Positions 1 to 6,377 of a stretch of 38,900 nucleotides of DNA are shown here, piece after piece. A program made the position numbers and the translations under genes. The notes under the pieces are model-generated. The model was not told the DNA's origin and did not search any database. It saw nothing but the letters and a program-made list of their open reading frames with translations. Positions within the stretch are counted from its first letter, which is position 1. The number at the start of each line of letters is the position of its first letter. Source of the DNA: a virus (Duplodnaviria > Caudoviricetes); IMG/VR virus record IMGVR_UViG_3300006879_001214, positions 1-38,900 of that record; one strand, written 5' to 3'.

Positions 1-912
1 GTGCTGTTAGAAGATATTTTGGAAGAGTATCGTTACCATTGTTTAGCCCGTAATTTCACCACTAAAACAATGAAGAACAAGAGGCAAGAGTACAAGCAGT
101 TGTTAGAATTTCTACAACAAAGAAGAGCAATCACAAAATTAGAAAGTATAACCTCTCACGATCTTGATGCTTATATTCGCACGAAACGTCAAAAAGGGTT
201 GAAACCCCAATCTATTGTGTCGATGGCTAAGCAAGTGAAAGCATTTTTTAGTTGGTGTGTAAGAGAAGATTATTTGACGGAAAATCCGATGGATAAAGTT
301 ACTCTACCAAAACTACCTAAAGTATTATTAACCGGGCTGACAACTAAAGAAGTAGTTAGCATGATGGATTCTTTCAACAATAAGAAGTATTTAGAAGTAA
401 GAAACAAAGCAATTATTGCTATGATGGCAGACTGTGGGCTAAGAGCCATGGAAATAGCAGGATTGAAGGAAGATGATGTACGTGAGACCGATATTAAGGT
501 ATTTGGCAAAGGAAATAAGGAACGCATTGTATTTATCAGTCCAGCATTAAAGAAGATACTTATACGCTATGAACGATTGAAAAGACAATACTTTAAAAAC
601 AAGATCAAGTATAGCGATAATTATTTTCTTGCTTACCAAGGCAAAGCATTGTCAACTGTAGCTGTTTATAATCTGGTTGTTGAAGCAAGTAAGCGTGTAG
701 GAATAACAGGTAAAAGAGTATCGCCGCATATGTTCAGGCATTACTTTGCTGTTCAATCAATCGTTGCAGGCATTGATGTATACAGTTTATCTAGGCTGCT
801 TGGACATTCTGATCTATCAACTACACAACGTTATTTACAGTCTTTGCAGAATGATGAATTAAATGTAAAAGCAACGTCAAGCAGTCCATTGATGAATCTT
901 AACAAAAATTAA
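1..912 (+). CDS. Tyrosine recombinase/integrase (XerC/D-like, no arm-binding domain)
   Basis: Catalytic motifs GLR, GKGNKER, HMFRH, LLGH, TQRY; N-terminal SAM-like core-binding domain; 303 aa. Confidence 0.95.
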   Translation: MLLEDILEEYRYHCLARNFTTKTMKNKRQEYKQLLEFLQQRRAITKLESITSHDLDAYIRTKRQKGLKPQSIVSMAKQVKAFFSWCVREDYLTENPMDKVTLPKLPKVLLTGLTTKEVVSMMDSFNNKKYLEVRNKAIIAMMADCGLRAMEIAGLKEDDVRETDIKVFGKGNKERIVFISPALKKILIRYERLKRQYFKNKIKYSDNYFLAYQGKALSTVAVYNLVVEASKRVGITGKRVSPHMFRHYFAVQSIVAGIDVYSLSRLLGHSDLSTTQRYLQSLQNDELNVKATSSSPLMNLNKN

Positions 913-922
913 AGATGAACAT

Positions 923-962
923 AAAAAAATGGCTCGGAGAGTGCTACCAACACTTCCAAGCC
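923..962 (-). terminator. Intrinsic terminator of the antisense RNA
   Basis: Minus strand GGCTTGGAAGTG-TTGGTAG-CACTCTCCGAGCC then ATTTTTTT; no U-run follows on plus strand. Confidence 0.8.
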
Positions 963-1020
963 TAAGCAATATCAAAGCACCACACCAATAATTGAATAAC
1001 AATTAAATAGGCTCTGATGC
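923..1020 (-). ncRNA. Candidate ~97-nt antisense (countertranscript) RNA
   Basis: Lies between a consensus minus-strand promoter (1026-1054) and a minus-strand terminator (923-962); folds into two stem-loops (971-978/1011-1018 and 931-962), terminator loop UUGGUAG. Confidence 0.7.
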
Positions 1021-1025
1021 CTTGT

Positions 1026-1054
1026 ATTATACCATTTAAAGGGTTGTCATGCAA
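1026..1054 (-). promoter_or_regulatory. SigA-type promoter with extended -10
   Basis: Minus strand TTGCAT-17 nt-TATAAT with TG at the extended -10 position. Confidence 0.8.
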
Positions 1055-1059
1055 GGTGT

Positions 1060-1600
1060 TAACCAAGTTGAGGACAGCCAGAAGCTCAACTATAAAATAA
1101 AACTGATAGCCATGACTCAGGCGATGCAGATAAATGAGGATAGGATACATAAACACTTCCCTATTAGTGTGGTATCTGAAATGTGAAAGCTACATTAGTG
1201 CTGACGAAGGAAGGGTATGTGTCTACGGACACGTAGGACAAGCCACAGACGTTTATATTGTTAACCAGATATAAAACTAACCATCAAGGGATACTTGCGA
1301 TGTGTAGGCTTGTCGTGGAGAAATCTACCGACAAATAGGGGTCACGCATACGGAGACCTTAAATGCGATATACGATGATTGATGTTGTTACCTATTTTCA
1401 ATTGATAATTTTTTGTCAGCTGAAAATAGGTAACAACTTTGTCGTCAGCCGTTTTCCTTTTTGCTCAACCGATGATTGGGGAGTTCGAGAGCAAAGTCAA
1501 GTAATAACAACCAATTACAGCAAATTATCTCAGTGATTTAGTCTGCTGGCGTAGTCAGATGTCAGCTAGCTAGCGCAAAGGTTTGGGAAATAAACTACAT
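1060..1600 (+). ncRNA. Candidate large structured non-coding RNA downstream of integrase
   Basis: No credible ORF; many hand-paired helices incl. C(UACG)G loop 1216-1235, GAAA loop 1315-1328, multiloop 1237-1244/1307-1314, long-range 1200-1207/1442-1449, perfect 17-bp stem 1384-1400/1421-1437. Strand inferred from tetraloops and G-U pairs; ends uncertain. Confidence 0.6.
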
Positions 1601-1603
1601 AAT

Positions 1604-1637
1604 AAAAGACTGAGCAGCATAAGCCACTCAGTCATCT
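1604..1637 (-). terminator. Terminator of repressor gene, possibly bidirectional
   Basis: GACTGAG...CTCAGTC stem with A-run on the left (U-run on minus strand) at the repressor stop. Confidence 0.6.
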
Positions 1638-1861
1638 TTGCTAAACTCAATCAATTGATCAGCAGAATCCAACTCTAATGCATTACAAAGTAAATCTAAT
1701 GTATCAAACTGTATGCCATTGCTATTTCCATTTAACAGTTTGCTTATAGTATTACGATGTACACCCTTCCCATCAGGATCTAACTGTTTAGTTTTCTCGA
1801 CTAAGTCAGCAGTACTTATATCGTTTTTATCCATGTGATATCGCAAATTAAATTTAATCAA
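1628..1861 (-). CDS. Cro/CI-type (XRE) HTH repressor, no peptidase domain
   Basis: ISTADLVEK...VHRNTISKLLNG...IQFDTLDLLCNAL pattern; start placed at TTG downstream of AGGAG (track start 1870). Confidence 0.85.
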   Translation of the reverse strand: MIKFNLRYHMDKNDISTADLVEKTKQLDPDGKGVHRNTISKLLNGNSNGIQFDTLDLLCNALELDSADQLIEFSKDD

Positions 1862-1881
1862 AATGATCAACTCCTGAAATT

Positions 1882-1969
1882 AGTATACATCATAATGTGC
1901 AAAAGTTTCAATATCCTCTTGACAGTGCATATCATAATGTGCAATAATTAATGCATACTAAGATATGCA
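1882..1969. promoter_or_regulatory. Divergent promoters with three 18-bp operators TGCAYA-N6-TRTGCA
   Basis: Operators 1884-1901, 1926-1943, 1952-1969; leftward TTGAAA(1911-1906)-18-TATACT(1887-1882); rightward TTGACA at 1919-1924 with weaker -10. Confidence 0.75.
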
Positions 1970-1980
1970 GGAGGGATTGA

Positions 1981-2070
1981 ATGAGATCCTTAACACTAAC
2001 AGATATATTTTATTTGGTTGCTTTTGGATTAACATTAGGTTTTTTATATTTTTCTTTGATCAATGCATAA
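1981..2070 (+). CDS. 29-aa hydrophobic single-TM peptide (not in ORF track)
   Basis: RBS AGGAGG; MRSLTLTDIFYLVAFGLTLGFLYFSLINA. Confidence 0.6.
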   Translation: MRSLTLTDIFYLVAFGLTLGFLYFSLINA

Positions 2071-2097
2071 AATTTGAAATAAGGTGGCGGTGAGCAA

Positions 2098-2196
2098 ATG
2101 GACGATTACGATGAGTGGATTCATCTAATGCAGCAGGCTAAGAAAGAAGGTGTTACAATAGAAGAAGTCAGAAATTTTATTCAACAAAATAAGTAA
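2098..2196 (+). CDS. SinI-family anti-repressor peptide, 32 aa (not in ORF track)
   Basis: MDDYDEWIHLMQQAKKEGVTIEEVRNFIQQNK matches the SinI pattern D-x-EW-x-x-LM-x-x-AK-x-x-x-I/V-S/T-x-EEI/VR-x-F/Y; RBS GGCGGTGA. Confidence 0.8.
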   Translation: MDDYDEWIHLMQQAKKEGVTIEEVRNFIQQNK

Positions 2197-2219
2197 AAGG
2201 TAAAAGGGGAGATATTAAA

Positions 2220-2924
2220 ATGAAATTATCTAAAGCAACTTTATCATTATTGTTGGCAAGTGGAATTGTATTAGCTGGATGTGGGGATCAGGCAGAAGAG
2301 GCAGAGGATAACACTAAGCCAGATGGTGAAGTAAGCCAAGCAGATGTCCGAGAGACAACAGATGACCCACTAGAGTTTATCGACAAGACAAAAGATGAGA
2401 TGATCTTCATAGATGGTGCCAATGAGTATATAATAAAAAGCTATTACGTTAGTGATGAAACGGATGAACAGGGTTTCAATATTTATGAAGAGGATGGATT
2501 CACGTTTCGGTATGCCTTGGTTGAAACAGAAAATATAGCCAATGTAGATGCGGAGGGTAGCGAAGAAGTACAAATTTATGGTGAGATTATAAATGACACA
2601 GATGATACCTATTACTTTATGGAACGTATGCTAATCAAAACAGACGACAAAGAAGTATCAGAGGTTCAATTTGGGTTAAATGGTGCAGGTGCTGCCGATC
2701 AGAAGAATAAATTTATTGATTACTTTCCATTAGATTATGAGAATCCAGACAGCTTCACATTCGTATTAGCTGATCCATCTTTCCAAGGCGACTTCAAGGA
2801 TGATTTTGAAGAAGGGTATTTAGTGGAATATACCGATGAGGAATACGAGAAATACGAGGGAAATTTCAAGGGGTACATGAAAGATCACCTAGTAGTAGAG
2901 ATGGAGTTTCACAAAGAAGACTAA
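2220..2924 (+). CDS. Acidic lipoprotein of unknown function
   Basis: Signal peptide with LAGC lipobox; very D/E rich; 234 aa. Confidence 0.8.
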   Translation: MKLSKATLSLLLASGIVLAGCGDQAEEAEDNTKPDGEVSQADVRETTDDPLEFIDKTKDEMIFIDGANEYIIKSYYVSDETDEQGFNIYEEDGFTFRYALVETENIANVDAEGSEEVQIYGEIINDTDDTYYFMERMLIKTDDKEVSEVQFGLNGAGAADQKNKFIDYFPLDYENPDSFTFVLADPSFQGDFKDDFEEGYLVEYTDEEYEKYEGNFKGYMKDHLVVEMEFHKED

Positions 2925-2968
2925 ATATTTCTAAGCAAACTAATATAATCACAAAAGGGGATACGACA

Positions 2969-3202
2969 ATGACAACAGCAATAACAAATCCAACTATCAG
3001 CAAAACTGGCACTAAATATTGCGGTGAGATTACATTATCGGTGGCTTTGAGCAGTCCTGAGTCTATTCGATACATTCAGTCTATGTTGGACTCGGATGGT
3101 CTCACAGGTAGCTTAAAACTAACCACAGTAGATGGCCTGAGCCATAGCACAGAAGTGTTAGACATACATCAAACCGACTGGCAATCATTCGACGACATAT
3201 AA
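2969..3202 (+). CDS. Hypothetical protein
   Basis: 77 aa, RBS AAGGGG. Confidence 0.65.
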   Translation: MTTAITNPTISKTGTKYCGEITLSVALSSPESIRYIQSMLDSDGLTGSLKLTTVDGLSHSTEVLDIHQTDWQSFDDI

Positions 3203-3265
3203 AATTTAATTTGTCAGTGTTAATGGGGAAAATGTACCAATCAGAAAAATAGTTTGAAAACTAGG

Positions 3266-3294
3266 TTGTCTAATCTATCAAAATGTTATATAAT
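3266..3294 (+). promoter_or_regulatory. SigA-type promoter for early operon
   Basis: TTGTCT-17-TATAAT; AAATGTTATA (3281-3290) recurs inverted at 3365-3374 within palindrome ATGTTATAACAT. Confidence 0.6.
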
Positions 3295-3440
3295 GTATAT
3301 AGAAGTATATTTAAATTTGTGCATAAGTATAGCATTTTAATCTAACTTGATCCAGTTATTATGTTATAACATTTGTTATCTATTGTCAAGCACATTTAAG
3401 CATATTTCTAAAATAAAATTTTAAAAAGGGGAAATGTAAA

Positions 3441-3704
3441 ATGTTTACAGTTAACGGATTTAATTTTGATTCAGCGGCAGATTATATTAAGGCGCTTGAG
3501 GAACAGATTGAAGCATTCCATGAGCTCGTGCATAAGGAGGATTTACAGGAGGACTTACTGTACCACTTAGTGAACAATGACAGGCCTACTATGAACATTG
3601 GTGAGGCTATGCTTGAGGATTGTTATCTTGAGGTTACGATAAAGAAGCGTGAGCGTGATGATGTTGTGGAAATACAGGCAGCACAACCGAAGGATTTAAT
3701 CTAG
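3441..3704 (+). CDS. Hypothetical protein
   Basis: 87 aa, RBS AAGGGG, followed by GC-rich hairpin at ~3712-3734. Confidence 0.7.
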   Translation: MFTVNGFNFDSAADYIKALEEQIEAFHELVHKEDLQEDLLYHLVNNDRPTMNIGEAMLEDCYLEVTIKKRERDDVVEIQAAQPKDLI

Positions 3705-3770
3705 GATTCACAGGGGGCAGTTAACAGCTGTCCCATACTTATTATACATAATCAAAGGGGAGATTAAGCG

Positions 3771-4961
3771 ATGAACGAATTGACATTATCAGATGATTTG
3801 AACGTCATCACAGCGGAGATTAAAAATTACCAACAAAATATTGGTCAATCCATATTTGAAATTGGTAAACGCCTAAAACATGTTAAAGAAAATGATCTTG
3901 CTCATGGGGAATGGGGCAAGTGGTTAGAAAACATTAAAATGAACGATAGCTATGCTAGAAAATACATACACATATCCACTGAATTATGGGAGAACCGTTC
4001 AACGTTGAACGATTTGGGGATGTCAGCATTATACGAAATCTCTACGATGTCAGAAGAGGAGAGGGAAAAGGAGTACTCTCTTTCAAATGGAAAGATTAAA
4101 AAGCCAGTTGATATGACTGTTAAGGAGATCCGTCAGACTAAGCGTCAACTTAGCAACGAAGCACTGGAGGCAGCAATAAAATCAGTTGAGGCTGAATCAA
4201 TTGAACCTGAATCAATTGAAGGTGAAGAAGATAAACAAGAAATGTACGACGAATATCAAGCTCACATTGATCACTTGAATCAAGTAGAAGACGAAAACGA
4301 CAATTTTACACAGCAACTGGATAATATTAACCGAAAACTTTACGGTAAATTAAGAGACTTAAAGTTTTACGACCACTTAAACATTGCTTACTGGCTTTCC
4401 AAATTTACCAAAGAGAAGCAAAAGCAAATAGAGGATATTGAACTAAGCAGTAAATTTAAAGTCACCTTTTCTGATATCGATTCTTTTTATCAGCGTTACA
4501 TAAATTATACACCGATTAACGGAAAACAGATAAATAGGCTCAACCAGTTACAGTGGAAAAACGAGCAGTCCAGTTTCTTTGATAAAGTAAGCTTTTATGA
4601 TGACGATAGTTTTCATTCTAAAATAGGCAGTGCAAAAACAACAAATGAGATTGATAGTATTCTAGACGAATTTGAACAAGTGATTGAACAAAGTAGTAGG
4701 AAGAAGACAAACCAATCGAATAGTAATAACTCAAACTTTGATTGGAGTAGTTTATTTGGGAACACATCTACATCATCTATAGTCAACTACCGTGAAGAGT
4801 TGGGATTGTCTTCTACAGCATCAAACGATGAGGTGAAAAAAGAGTTTCGCAACTTAATGAAAGTTCTTCATCCTGATCATGGAGGCAATGCAAGATTACA
4901 GCAAAAATATAAAGAAATGTATGACGATTGGAGAAAAAGTATTAAAAATAAGTCGGCGTGA
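3771..4961 (+). CDS. DUF3102-like protein with C-terminal J-domain
   Basis: N-term EIGKRLKHVKENDLAHGEWGKWL typical of DUF3102; C-term LGLSSTASNDEVKKEFRNLMKVLHPDHGG with HPD motif. Confidence 0.8.
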   Translation: MNELTLSDDLNVITAEIKNYQQNIGQSIFEIGKRLKHVKENDLAHGEWGKWLENIKMNDSYARKYIHISTELWENRSTLNDLGMSALYEISTMSEEEREKEYSLSNGKIKKPVDMTVKEIRQTKRQLSNEALEAAIKSVEAESIEPESIEGEEDKQEMYDEYQAHIDHLNQVEDENDNFTQQLDNINRKLYGKLRDLKFYDHLNIAYWLSKFTKEKQKQIEDIELSSKFKVTFSDIDSFYQRYINYTPINGKQINRLNQLQWKNEQSSFFDKVSFYDDDSFHSKIGSAKTTNEIDSILDEFEQVIEQSSRKKTNQSNSNNSNFDWSSLFGNTSTSSIVNYREELGLSSTASNDEVKKEFRNLMKVLHPDHGGNARLQQKYKEMYDDWRKSIKNKSA

Positions 4962-5000
4962 AGCTTCGGCGAAAAGAAGGAATTAATCGCCCACAAAGTC

Positions 5001-5088
5001 TCTCTATATATTGAGGGGATATAAATTGCAAATAATAATGGAAATAATTGGTCACCAATTGTCTCTATATATTAGAGAGGTATAAATT
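5001..5088 (+). repeat. Imperfect 27-bp direct repeat TCTCTATATATT-R6/7-TATAAATT
   Basis: 5001-5027 and 5062-5088, with palindrome AATTGGTCACCAATT (5046-5060) between. Confidence 0.75.
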
Positions 5089-5109
5089 TAAAAAAGGAGA
5101 TGGAATGAG

Positions 5110-5295
5110 ATGGATAATAAACAATTTTTGTTTTGCTACAACTCAAGTTTATTTAGATATCTTACGGAAGAAAATAATTTCAATTACATAACAATTGCCA
5201 GAGAGCCTAAGAACAACAAAATGTTTTCATTATTTTACCGGTCGGATTCCCTCAACAGGAAACTAGCAGAATATAAGGGTCAGAAAAATGGGTAA
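5110..5295 (+). CDS. Small phage protein (DUF5659-like)
   Basis: 61 aa; F-x-CY...LFRYL...F-x-F-x-RS-x-x-L pattern; RBS AAGGAG. Confidence 0.6.
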   Translation: MDNKQFLFCYNSSLFRYLTEENNFNYITIAREPKNNKMFSLFYRSDSLNRKLAEYKGQKNG

Positions 5296-5479
5296 CAAAA
5301 GTTACTCTAATTCCGAGGGGTTCGGAATATGGGTAACAATAATTACCGTAATTTCTAACTGGTTCGGAATTAGGGTAAAAAAAGTTACCCGATTTACATA
5401 GATTACAGATAAGACCTTTGTTACAGATAAGACTATATATACAGATAAGATTACGCCAGCCCCGTTGGGGACTGGACGT
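5290..5479. repeat. Iteron array, candidate replication origin
   Basis: GGGTAAC-N4-GTTACCC-like palindromes at 5290, 5331, 5373; TACAGATAAGA at 5404, 5422, 5440; GC hairpin 5453-5479. Confidence 0.75.
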
Positions 5480-5528
5480 GTGAACGATTAACTCAAACTA
5501 TACTATTAAACTATGCGGAGGAATTAAC

Positions 5529-6272
5529 ATGCTACAAAGAAACTATTCAGACAAGCTACATATTAAAATTTACAACTCGATGATTGATGACAAGTCAGAT
5601 ATTAAACTAACACCGAGCGAGCTATACATCTATGCGCTGCTTTGTATTAATGCTACTTCAGATGATGACAGAATGATGCCTACTAGCGTTGATATGATTA
5701 ATTACATGTCACCATTCAGGTTTGCCACAAAGGATAATAACAATAAGAATCACATTAAAAAGGCGCTCACTGAACTAATGAGAAAAGATTATCTGCTGAT
5801 TGTCGATGATGGTATTCAGATAGATGACATTAAAAATAATACATTTCTTACATTGGAAATCAATCACGAAGCGTTAGATAACAAGTATGAACCACTTTAT
5901 TACAATGAATTTCGATTCTTGAGTAATCCTGATGAGGTATTCATTTACATAATATCAAAACGATTTACAGCCTTCTCAGAGGGATTTAAGGCTAGTTACA
6001 ACAGATGGGGAAGGTTACTCAATGTGAGTGACAAAACAGCGTCAAACAAGCTCAATGATGCTGAGAAAAACGGAGTTATCGAGGTTATCCGAGGTAAGTA
6101 TGAAGAGATCAACAGGCAGGAAATCAACTTATATTGTCATGTGGACTTGATGGGATTGAAGGATTTTGACGATGATGCTCAGGAAGAAGTTATGCAACCA
6201 AAAGTTAAGAAGTTGGCAATTGGTGAGAAGAAGATAAGTCCAGAGGAAGAAGCTAGAAGGGCATTTGGGTAA
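5529..6272 (+). CDS. Winged-HTH protein, putative replication initiator
   Basis: LTPSELYIYALL...IKKALTELMRKDYL and SYNRWGRLLNVSDKTASNKLNDAEKNGVI HTH-like segments; directly downstream of iterons. Confidence 0.55.
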   Translation: MLQRNYSDKLHIKIYNSMIDDKSDIKLTPSELYIYALLCINATSDDDRMMPTSVDMINYMSPFRFATKDNNNKNHIKKALTELMRKDYLLIVDDGIQIDDIKNNTFLTLEINHEALDNKYEPLYYNEFRFLSNPDEVFIYIISKRFTAFSEGFKASYNRWGRLLNVSDKTASNKLNDAEKNGVIEVIRGKYEEINRQEINLYCHVDLMGLKDFDDDAQEEVMQPKVKKLAIGEKKISPEEEARRAFG

Positions 6273-6377
6273 TTGGGTTAGGAGTAGACATACATAAAAG
6301 GTCAAGGTCAGTCAAAGTCAAACTTTAAGCATTACATAAAAAACTAAACTAACAAACTAAAAAGGGGAAATTTAATC

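Noticed and set aside
962-1156. 64-aa minus-strand ORF
   Set aside because: No RBS, crosses a promoter and structured region, no protein-like features
5290-5450. Repeat-spacer pattern as a mini CRISPR array
   Set aside because: Repeats only 18 bp and degenerate, spacers similar to each other, no cas genes; iterons fit better
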